Of a DNA stretch of 34,037 bases, positions 26,545 through 34,037 are shown one piece after another. This DNA comes from Thermoplasmata archaeon. Its GTDB lineage: Archaea > Thermoplasmatota > Thermoplasmata > GCA-020350865. The stretch spans positions 2,924,852-2,958,888 of the forward strand of contig CP070751.1 in assembly GCA_020348445.1 (NCBI GenBank), read 5' to 3'. A program made the position numbers and the translations under genes. The stretch's first letter is position 1; each line of letters opens with the position of its first letter. The notes under the pieces were generated by a model that did no database searches, was not told the DNA's origin, and saw only the letters and a list, made by a program, of their open reading frames with translations.

Positions 26545-27717
26545 ATGAAAGCCGCAGTTTTATATGGGAAAGAAGAGCTGAATATAGTCTCAGATTTTGA
26601 AGATCCTGTCATGAAAAAAACCGATGTTCTTATCCAGTCAAAATTCGGAGGTTTGTGTAGCACTGATCGTAGTCTTTACCGTGGTTTTGTTCCGTTCAAA
26701 CCACCGTTGATCATTGGACATGAAATCGCTGGTGTAGTTAAAGATGTTGGATCTTCAGTTTCTGGTGTTGATATCGGTGACCATGTAATTATTCCACCTG
26801 TTTATCCCGGATGTGAGGATGAAACCTGCAACTCTTGTAGAGAGGGGCTAACAAATAGATGTAAAAAATCAGTGTTCATAGGACATGGTGTACATGGTGG
26901 CGATGCAGAGTTTATTGCTGTACCATCCAGGTATACATTTAAAATCAACGAAGATGTACCATTAGATGAGGCATGCATTATTCCAGATGCCGTCTCGACA
27001 CCATTTCATGCATTGAAGAGCAGGTCTGTCCCTGCACACATATTCCAGCACAGCTCAGATACTCATAAGTTGTTTGAGCATGACAGCCATTGGCTCCGAG
27101 GTAAAAATGTTGTAGTCTTTGGTGTCGGCGGTGTCGGAGGGCCTGCTGTAAATTTAGCTGCTCGTTATTTCCAGGCAAAAAATGTAGTTGCGGTAGATGT
27201 TTTTGACAAAAAACTTGAGCTTGCTAAAAAACTTGGCGCTACACACACTGTAAACTCTAAAGCATTTTTTGAGGAAAAAGGCATTACAACAAGAGAGTTA
27301 ACTGGTAGGGAGAAAGCTGAGGCGATCTCTGATTTATCTAAACATATCACGTCTCACCTATCAGAAGACAAATATCAGGTTGATGTTGTTGTTGACTGCT
27401 CCGGTGTCTCTGATACCTTTCCTGTTGCAGTTGAGGCAGCGAGCAAAAACCGAACCATTATACAAGTTGGATGGCCTCCAAAGCCTGTTAGTCAGTTCTT
27501 AAATCGAAAAATCATGGATAAATATCTTACAATTACTGGAACATGGGCATGCCCTATGAATGAGATGAAAGAAATTGTGATCGCTGTAGAAAACAAAGAA
27601 GTTGATTTGAACCTACTTGTAACGAACAAGGACTATACACTAGATAAGTTAGAAAACGCGATACATGACCTTGAAGCTGGTAAAATCCTTGGCAGGGCGA
27701 CTATTGCCATTGTTTGA
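26545..27717 (+). CDS. Zn-dependent MDR dehydrogenase, candidate 6-hydroxycyclohex-1-ene-1-carbonyl-CoA dehydrogenase (Had/BzdX role)
   Basis: GLCSTD, GHE, four structural-Zn Cys, PDAVSTPF (Had-like ADAVTTPY) and GVGGVG. It is coupled to dch and divergent from oah. Confidence 0.7.
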   Translation: MKAAVLYGKEELNIVSDFEDPVMKKTDVLIQSKFGGLCSTDRSLYRGFVPFKPPLIIGHEIAGVVKDVGSSVSGVDIGDHVIIPPVYPGCEDETCNSCREGLTNRCKKSVFIGHGVHGGDAEFIAVPSRYTFKINEDVPLDEACIIPDAVSTPFHALKSRSVPAHIFQHSSDTHKLFEHDSHWLRGKNVVVFGVGGVGGPAVNLAARYFQAKNVVAVDVFDKKLELAKKLGATHTVNSKAFFEEKGITTRELTGREKAEAISDLSKHITSHLSEDKYQVDVVVDCSGVSDTFPVAVEAASKNRTIIQVGWPPKPVSQFLNRKIMDKYLTITGTWACPMNEMKEIVIAVENKEVDLNLLVTNKDYTLDKLENAIHDLEAGKILGRATIAIV

Positions 27718-27734
27718 TAACTGGGGGTGAAATT

Positions 27735-28502
27735 TTGGAATATAAGACCATAGTTGTAGAAGAAAAGGATTTGATTGGTAGAATTACGTTTAATAGACAA
27801 CCCTTAAACATACTTAACATTGAGATGATGAAGGAAATAAATAAAGCATTAAAGGATTTTCAAAAGCAAAAGTTGAAGGTTCTTGTAATCAATGCAAATG
27901 GTAAGGCATTCTCAGCAGGTGTAGATGTATCAGATCATACAAAAGAAAAAGTAAAAGAGATGATACATGTTTTTCACGAGATTTTTACCAACCTCAGCAA
28001 GATTAAAGCTCCAACAATTGCTTTGGTCAATGGAGCAGCTTTGGGAGGAGGATGTGAAGTTGCCATTTTCTGCGATATGGTTATTGCTTCTGAAAAATCT
28101 AAATTTGGACAACCAGAGATCAAAGTAGGTGTATTTCCTCCAGTTGCAGCTGCCCTTTTTCCAAAACTTATGTGGTGTAAAAAGGCTTTAGAACTTATTA
28201 TGACTGGTGAAACTATACGTGCAAATGAGGCAAAGGAACTCGGGCTCGTAAATCATATCTTCCCTGTAGAGAATTTTGAGGAAGAAGCAGAAAAATTCAT
28301 AGCTGAGAAACTAGCAAGCAACAGCGTAGTTATTTTACAGCTGACGAAGCGGGCTTTCCTAGAAGGCGCTACGCAAAACTATACAGAGTCAATAAAAAAG
28401 ATTGAAGACATCTATCTAAATGAGCTTATGAAAACAAGTGATGCAAGTGAGGGGCTATCTGCGTTTTTAGAAAGGCGGCAGCCGATTTGGAAGAATAAAT
28501 AA
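27735..28502 (+). CDS. dch: Cyclohexa-1,5-diene-1-carbonyl-CoA hydratase (Dch/BzdW/BamR-like)
   Basis: Crotonase fold with PLNILNI, FSAGVDV.DH, ALGGGCE and GQPEIKVGVFPPVAA. Start reassigned to TTG 27735 after GGGGGTGA. The genomic context supports the call. Confidence 0.8.
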   Translation: MEYKTIVVEEKDLIGRITFNRQPLNILNIEMMKEINKALKDFQKQKLKVLVINANGKAFSAGVDVSDHTKEKVKEMIHVFHEIFTNLSKIKAPTIALVNGAALGGGCEVAIFCDMVIASEKSKFGQPEIKVGVFPPVAAALFPKLMWCKKALELIMTGETIRANEAKELGLVNHIFPVENFEEEAEKFIAEKLASNSVVILQLTKRAFLEGATQNYTESIKKIEDIYLNELMKTSDASEGLSAFLERRQPIWKNK

Positions 28503-28509
28503 AAAATTT

Positions 28510-30549
28510 TTACTTACCTTTAAAGGTCGGTCTTCGTTTCATTACCACCGAATTCAACCCTTCTAAAGCATCTTCGGTTGAAAATATCTCGAGGAGATGA
28601 CTAAGCTCCAGTTCTAATCCCTCGTTTAAATTAAGATGACTACCTTCATCTATTATCTGGTTAGCGAGTTTTATTGCAATTGGAGCTTTGTAGGAGATAG
28701 TTTTTGAGATCTTTTTTCCAAGTTCGTTTAGTTCTCCCTCACCAGATAACATCCATTGAATGTTTGCATCAGAAAAATAGTTCTTGATTTTCTCAAAATA
28801 ATCAGGTAGCTCTACTTTACGTTCCATTGATTTTCTTAGCGTTTTTCCACTGCGTATAAGCTCCGATATTTTACTGTCTATCTCATCACTCGGCACAACA
28901 TATTCAACTAACCCTATTGATGCAGCTTTTTTTGCGTCAAGTATCTTGCCTGTGAATATCATATATTTTGCTAGTTCTTTTCCTATATATTGTGTGGTTC
29001 TCTGAGTGCCACCTAATCCTGGATAAATGCCTATACCTGTTTCAGGGAAGCCTATGCTACCTTTTTCAGATGCAATTATAGTATCTGCGGTGAGTGCTAT
29101 TTCAGCGCCACCCCCCAACGCTAGCCCGTCAATTTTTGCTATAACTAGTTTATCGGCCGTATCTATCTTGTTTAGAACTGTATGGCCATATCCCGTGAAT
29201 TTGCATATATCTTCAATCTTGTCTTCTTCTATCTTTTTGATGAAGTATTGTACATCTGCACCTGCTATAAATGATCTCCCAGCACCTTCTAGAACAATTG
29301 CTTTGACATCTGGGTTGTTATTTGCAATTGTGAACTGTTTATCTAGTTGCTGGATGACTTCCTCGTTTATTGCATTCATAGCCTCCGGTCTGTTAATAAG
29401 AATTCTTGCGATATTGTCTTTAATATCAAGATCAACATAGTTGAAGCTCCATTCTTCATTGTGCTTGTACTTTTGTTTTAATATGTTAGGTATCTTCAAC
29501 ATGGGATATTTTTTCACAAACATTGTGACGATTTCATATGATTGCTCGATTCCATATTTATTCATCATTTCAAATGGGCCTAAACTCCATCTAAGACCTA
29601 CCTTTGCTCCCCTATTTGTATCCTCAATGCTTGCTACATCTTCTTCTATTAGCATGCATGCGACTGTGAAAATTGCACCAAGAAGACGTTCTTCTATAGT
29701 ATCGCGCTTTGAAGCATCGACCGCTCCGCTTAAATCCCAAGGTTCTTGCTTCTCAAACTGTTGCTTTAAACAATTGCTAGGCAGGTAGAAATCACCTAGT
29801 TTATCTGCTAATCCAATCGTGGAATGATAAGCTATTGGGATTCCTGTAACATTCATCAATTTAAACGGACCCATGCCTATGTTGAAAACCTTTTTTGCCA
29901 CATCATCTATAGTTGGAACGTTAGCAACTCCCTCCTCAAGAAGCCTCGTAGCCTCGTTCAACCATGGTACAAAAAACCGGTTAACTGCAAACCCTGGGGA
30001 ATCCTTGACATGTATAGATACCTTGCCAATTTTTTTAGAAAAAATATCGGCAAGGGAAACGGTTTTCTGATTAGTATTATTGCCAGGTATGATCTCCAAC
30101 AATCGATTCATTGCTGGATGATAAAAGAAATGGAGACCAAGGAATCTATCACTAGAGTCGATTGATAAAGCTAGTTCTGTTATAGAAAAAGAAGATGTAT
30201 TAGACGCGAAAACGGTTTTATCTTCACAAATTTTATTTAAACGCTTGAAAAGATCTTTTTTAATATCTATATCCTCGAAAACAGCCTCTACCACAAGATC
30301 AGCATTTCTTACCTCATTCAAATCAGTAGTTCCACTTATGCGACTTAATATCTCCTTAGTTTGTTCTTGATTAAATATTCCACGTTCAACTGCCTTGGCT
30401 AATGTCTGCGTGATATTTGCTATTCCCTTTTGAACAAACCTATCTTCAACGTCAATCAAAACAACATCTATTCCTTCCTGCGCCACCTTCTGGGCAATAC
30501 CGCTTCCCATATTACCAGCACCAATAACTCCAATTTTTTGAATCTTCAT
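28510..30549 (-). CDS. 3-hydroxyacyl-CoA dehydrogenase / enoyl-CoA hydratase fusion
   Basis: N-terminal GVIGAGNMG, EAVFE, SNTSS, HFFYP and PGF.VNR. C-terminal crotonase with FIAGAD, ALGGG.E and PETGIG.YPG.GGTQR. Confidence 0.9.
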   Translation of the reverse strand: MKIQKIGVIGAGNMGSGIAQKVAQEGIDVVLIDVEDRFVQKGIANITQTLAKAVERGIFNQEQTKEILSRISGTTDLNEVRNADLVVEAVFEDIDIKKDLFKRLNKICEDKTVFASNTSSFSITELALSIDSSDRFLGLHFFYHPAMNRLLEIIPGNNTNQKTVSLADIFSKKIGKVSIHVKDSPGFAVNRFFVPWLNEATRLLEEGVANVPTIDDVAKKVFNIGMGPFKLMNVTGIPIAYHSTIGLADKLGDFYLPSNCLKQQFEKQEPWDLSGAVDASKRDTIEERLLGAIFTVACMLIEEDVASIEDTNRGAKVGLRWSLGPFEMMNKYGIEQSYEIVTMFVKKYPMLKIPNILKQKYKHNEEWSFNYVDLDIKDNIARILINRPEAMNAINEEVIQQLDKQFTIANNNPDVKAIVLEGAGRSFIAGADVQYFIKKIEEDKIEDICKFTGYGHTVLNKIDTADKLVIAKIDGLALGGGAEIALTADTIIASEKGSIGFPETGIGIYPGLGGTQRTTQYIGKELAKYMIFTGKILDAKKAASIGLVEYVVPSDEIDSKISELIRSGKTLRKSMERKVELPDYFEKIKNYFSDANIQWMLSGEGELNELGKKISKTISYKAPIAIKLANQIIDEGSHLNLNEGLELELSHLLEIFSTEDALEGLNSVVMKRRPTFKGK

Positions 30550-30585
30550 GGCTTAACACCTTTCCTTAAAACATTATTATTACAT

Positions 30586-31833
30586 TTAGTTGACTCTAAC
30601 TTCTAAAACAATAGCTGCACCAGTATCACCAGCCGCACAGCCGTCAAATAATCCATAGCCTCCACCTTTTTCTACTAACTCCTCAATAAGCTCCATAATT
30701 AGTCTTGCTCCTGTAGGGGCTTGTGGATGACCGTATATTAGAGATGAACCATAGTTATTCATATCCTTCCATTCAATATCCATTTCTCTGCAGAAATAGA
30801 TATCGTTTACAGCAAAGGGATTATGTGTTTTAATCGCATTTATATCTTTAATAGATAAATCTGTATTCTCAAGGGCCATTTTTGCAGCTGGGATTATTGC
30901 CATTGCCATATAGCCCTTTTTAGCTCTACCTTCACCATAAGATAAAACTTGGATTTCAATGTTCTTATTTTTACTCAGTTGTTTTGCCTTCTGTTTTGTA
31001 GTTACAATGATCCCACAGTTACCATCTGCTGGGTGAGTTTGAGTTCCGAAAGTAACTGTACCATCAGGATATACTGGTTTGAGTTTTTGAAGTCCTTCTA
31101 AGGTAGTTGGGTATATACCCTCATCTCCATCAACAGTAGCTATAACTTTGCGACCTTTTCTATCTTTAACTTCGATAGGAGTAATCATATATTTTTTCTG
31201 AAAAGCTCTATTTTTTTTTGTTGAATCTTGATATTGTTGATATCTTAAAAGTGTAAGTTTATCTTGCTCATCTTTACTTACCCCTATTTCTTTAGCAACA
31301 TTCTCAGCGGTTTCTATCATGGCATTCTTAGCATATGGATCATTACCAAAGTTATCCCAAACCCAACTCTCTTTATCCTGGGTTGCACCAGGGTTTTGGG
31401 GGTTTGGATAAACCAGAAGTGGGCCATTAGAACATCGATCTGCATATACTACAAGTACATTTTTCCGTAATCCAAATTCAATGCCTAAAGCAGCCAATTC
31501 AACTCCTCTTGCACCAGTTGCACATGCTTGTCCAATCATTGGGCCTGTGATATGGTCAGCACCAATCATACCAGCTAACCATGGTGTACCATAAAATGCC
31601 GAAAGCTGTGGTATTGTTATTCCAAAAATTAACTCATCAAATTCTTTAGGATTGATTTTTTTATCATTAAGAAATCTCTGCCCAATTTCAGCAGCAAATT
31701 GAATCGCGTGAAGGTTTTGGAAACTACCTTGCCATGTGCAAAATGGTGTACTCCAATAACCTCCGTAAGGAATATACACATCTTTGAAAGCTTTTTCTAA
31801 TCCTTGCTGCTTCATAGACTTATAATAACTCAT
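30586..31833 (-). CDS. Thiolase, bacterial-type acetyl-CoA C-acyltransferase (BamN-like; candidate 3-oxopimeloyl-CoA thiolase)
   Basis: YIPYGGYWSTPF..WQGSF, catalytic QACATG, HNPF in place of NEAF, GHPQ.PTG, and GCAAGD. Confidence 0.85.
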   Translation of the reverse strand: MSYYKSMKQQGLEKAFKDVYIPYGGYWSTPFCTWQGSFQNLHAIQFAAEIGQRFLNDKKINPKEFDELIFGITIPQLSAFYGTPWLAGMIGADHITGPMIGQACATGARGVELAALGIEFGLRKNVLVVYADRCSNGPLLVYPNPQNPGATQDKESWVWDNFGNDPYAKNAMIETAENVAKEIGVSKDEQDKLTLLRYQQYQDSTKKNRAFQKKYMITPIEVKDRKGRKVIATVDGDEGIYPTTLEGLQKLKPVYPDGTVTFGTQTHPADGNCGIIVTTKQKAKQLSKNKNIEIQVLSYGEGRAKKGYMAMAIIPAAKMALENTDLSIKDINAIKTHNPFAVNDIYFCREMDIEWKDMNNYGSSLIYGHPQAPTGARLIMELIEELVEKGGGYGLFDGCAAGDTGAAIVLEVRVN

Positions 31834-31851
31834 AAAAACACCTCCCCTTTT

Positions 31852-33054
31852 TCAATTCTTTGAAAGATTTTTCTTAAGCTCCTCATTCAATGCAGGTATA
31901 ACTTCAAACAAATCCCCGACGATTCCACAATCTGCAATATCAAAAATCGGTGCTTCAGGATCGTTATTAATAGCTATAATTGTGTCAGAACCTTTCATAC
32001 CAACTTGATGCTGGATTTTACCGGAGATACCACACGCAATATATAACTTGGGTGATACAGTCTTCCCACTTTGACCTACCTGATCTGATCTGGGTCTCCA
32101 CCCCGCATCAACCGCTGCCCTTGACACACCAACAACTCCATTAATCGTATCAGCTAATTCTTCCAAAATCTTAAAATTTTCAGAAGATCCCATACCTCTA
32201 CCACCTGAGATTATAATATCTGCTTCATCCAGGCTCTTTACCCCTTCTTTAGTAGTTTTAACAACTTCTTTTATTATAATTCTTTTAGCTTTAGAATCAA
32301 TTTCTACAGGGGTAGATATAATCTCAGCATTCCTAGAAGTATCTGGATTACTAACCTTCATCACATTCGGTCTAACAGTAGCCATTTGAGGACGAGTGTT
32401 CGGTGTTATAATATCTGCCATTATATTGCCACCAAAAGCTGGTCTAGTCTGAAGAAGTAAACCATCTTTAATCGATAATCCTGTGCAATCTGCAGTAAGA
32501 CCAATCTTCAAAGAAGCTGCAACACGTGGGGCTAGATCCCTGCCCAAATGAGTTGCAGGGAAAATTACGATATTGGGTTTATATTTCATTATCAGACCTG
32601 TTAATATCCCTGTATAATTATTAGTGTTATATTCAACAAGGTTCTCGTTTTCAGTTATATAGGCAATATCCACACCGTAACCAGCTATATCATCACAGAA
32701 ATGTTTGACTTTTCCTCCAAGGATCACTGCCCCTACTCTCTCTCCCAGAGTGTCAGCAATCTCCCGAGCTTTACTGGCTAGTTCTAGGCTTACCTTCTTG
32801 ATCTCCTTTTCACGGAGTTCAACAAAAATCCAAACATCTTTATAATCTGATAGATCTTTATCACTCAACTTTGGTCTCTCAAGAATTATCGCATCAAATT
32901 TACAGATTTCTACACAAGATCCACAAAGTGTACAATTCGCTTCAATTATGGCTTTCTTATCCTTGACTTTTATCGCAGCAAATGGACATGCTTTAACACA
33001 TAAGGCACATCCAGTGCATTTATCAAGAACAATCTCTATACCCACAGCATTCAC
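31852..33054 (-). CDS. etfA: Electron transfer flavoprotein alpha subunit with an N-terminal 2x[4Fe-4S] ferredoxin domain
   Basis: CTGCALCVKACP and CTLCGSCVEIC, then GLTADCT, RPQMATVRP, SGGRG, QVGQSGK and GISGKIQH. The start may be GTG 33045. Confidence 0.92.
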   Translation of the reverse strand: MNAVGIEIVLDKCTGCALCVKACPFAAIKVKDKKAIIEANCTLCGSCVEICKFDAIILERPKLSDKDLSDYKDVWIFVELREKEIKKVSLELASKAREIADTLGERVGAVILGGKVKHFCDDIAGYGVDIAYITENENLVEYNTNNYTGILTGLIMKYKPNIVIFPATHLGRDLAPRVAASLKIGLTADCTGLSIKDGLLLQTRPAFGGNIMADIITPNTRPQMATVRPNVMKVSNPDTSRNAEIISTPVEIDSKAKRIIIKEVVKTTKEGVKSLDEADIIISGGRGMGSSENFKILEELADTINGVVGVSRAAVDAGWRPRSDQVGQSGKTVSPKLYIACGISGKIQHQVGMKGSDTIIAINNDPEAPIFDIADCGIVGDLFEVIPALNEELKKNLSKN

Positions 33055-33851
33055 CTCTTAGTAAGGGCCTCATGTTTCAAAAGAATTTCACTTAATTTTT
33101 TTGCAGCCTCCTTGCTATCTTGTTCTATAAGTTCACACTCCCCACGTGGTGGCGGAGTATATGTTTTTATTACTTGTGTGAATGATCCGTCTAAGCCGAA
33201 TTTAGATTCCTCGCCTCCAAGGGTTTTTGCATCCCAAATATTAAAAGGTTTCTTCTTTGCTTTTAATATACTACTCATAGGTGGATGCTCTGGTTGAAAT
33301 GAGGTTGGTGGGAGAAGAGCTAAAAGTACTGGTGCTTTAGCTTCAAGAATATAATATCCGTCCTCCGTTTGTTTATGAATCATGAGTTTGTGTTTATTAT
33401 CTATCTCAACCTTTTCTACATAGGTTACCTGAGGTATACCAAGTTGTTGCGCAAGTTCTGGTCCTACCTGTGCTGTATCTCCATCTATGGCCTGTTGTCC
33501 ACAGAAAACCATGTCAAATGATCCAAGTTTTTTAATAGCTAAAGAGAGAGTATAAGCTGTAGCCCAGGTATCAGAACCTGCAAATGCCTTATCAGAAATT
33601 AGTATTGCCTCATCTGCACCAAGAGCTAAGCATCTCATTAATGCACTTCGTGCCTGTGGTGGACCCATGGTAATAACTGTAACACTCCCCTCACCAGTCT
33701 CCTCTTTTATTCTTACGCTTTCTTCAACTGCGTAGTGATCATAGGGATTCAAAATACTTGGCACACCCTCTCTAATCAATGTATGGGTTTTAGGATCAAC
33801 CTTTACCTCGGTCGTGTCAGGTACTTGCTTTACACAAGCAATTATCTTCAT
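33051..33851 (-). CDS. etfB: Electron transfer flavoprotein beta subunit
   Basis: MKIIACVKQVPDT, LNPYD, TMGPPQA, GSDTWAT, and GQQAIDGDTAQVGP. Confidence 0.93.
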   Translation of the reverse strand: MKIIACVKQVPDTTEVKVDPKTHTLIREGVPSILNPYDHYAVEESVRIKEETGEGSVTVITMGPPQARSALMRCLALGADEAILISDKAFAGSDTWATAYTLSLAIKKLGSFDMVFCGQQAIDGDTAQVGPELAQQLGIPQVTYVEKVEIDNKHKLMIHKQTEDGYYILEAKAPVLLALLPPTSFQPEHPPMSSILKAKKKPFNIWDAKTLGGEESKFGLDGSFTQVIKTYTPPPRGECELIEQDSKEAAKKLSEILLKHEALTKR

Positions 33852-33869
33852 TTCTATACCTACATTTAA

Positions 33870-34037
33870 TTAACGATAGGCGAGAAACTCTTTTCCAAGT
33901 AATTCTCTAGCAATAATTAGCCTCATTATCTCTGAAGAACCTTCAGCAAGTGTGAATGAACGTACAGCACGCCAAGCCTTCTGATCTTCACATTCTTTTG
34001 TATATCCAAAAGCTCCCTGCCACTGCATAACATCATT
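33870..34037 (-). CDS. Acyl-CoA dehydrogenase, C-terminal fragment (5'-truncated by window edge); absent from the ORF track
   Basis: Hand translation gives NDVMQWQGAFGYTKECEDQKAWRAVRSFTLAEGSSEIMRLIIARELLGKEFLAYR*. It contains the ACAD-type GxxGY...EGSSEI.R..IAR motif and lies directly upstream of etfB. Confidence 0.85.
   Translation of the reverse strand, partial: NDVMQWQGAFGYTKECEDQKAWRAVRSFTLAEGSSEIMRLIIARELLGKEFLAYR

Noticed and set aside
1137-33297. Numerous 60-150 aa antisense or alternate-frame ORFs in the track (e.g. 1137-1556, 3237-3674, 6938-7390, 9144-9356, 16546-16791, 29027-29440)
   Set aside because: They overlap well-supported genes, lack RBSs and motifs, and look like shadow ORFs.
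1-34037. CRISPR arrays, tRNA/rRNA genes, IS elements or long direct repeats
   Set aside because: None recognised. Intergenic spaces are short (longest about 280 nt) and show no periodic repeats or cloverleaf-like sequence by eye.

Overview
This 34-kb, gene-dense, AT-rich window is almost entirely an anaerobic aromatic-compound (benzoyl-CoA) degradation region. It encodes a complete ATP-dependent class I benzoyl-CoA reductase of the bzd type in conserved order (bzdN-O-P-Q, ferredoxin bzdM, BzdV-like NADPH:ferredoxin oxidoreductase). That operon continues into a tungsten-type aldehyde:ferredoxin oxidoreductase and its Fe-S partner. Further right lie the ring-processing enzymes (dch, a divergent Had-like dehydrogenase, oah/bamA) and a lower beta-oxidation set (Hbd-crotonase fusion, two unrelated thiolases, DUF35, SDR, ETF with a ferredoxin domain, truncated acyl-CoA dehydrogenase). 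At the left edge is a separate operon: truncated 2-hydroxyacyl-CoA dehydratase-family subunit, ADP-forming acyl-CoA synthetase, AMP-forming CoA ligase, PanE-like reductase and a flavin NADH oxidoreductase. A secreted multidomain S8 protease splits the cluster. TATA/BRE-like promoters, GGTG(A)-type ribosome-binding sites, the thiolase/DUF35 pair and the protease tail suggest an archaeon, possibly Thermoplasmatota; this is inference, not determined. Reading beyond the ORF track revealed an unlisted 45-aa DUF2080/AbrB-like ORF plus a GNAT heading the reductase operon, a 17-bp palindrome at its predicted transcription start, and a probable ATA start for bzdN. It also showed a GIY-YIG-like tail on BzdV. 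No rRNA, tRNA, CRISPR array or transposase was seen. All product calls come from motif recognition without database searches.
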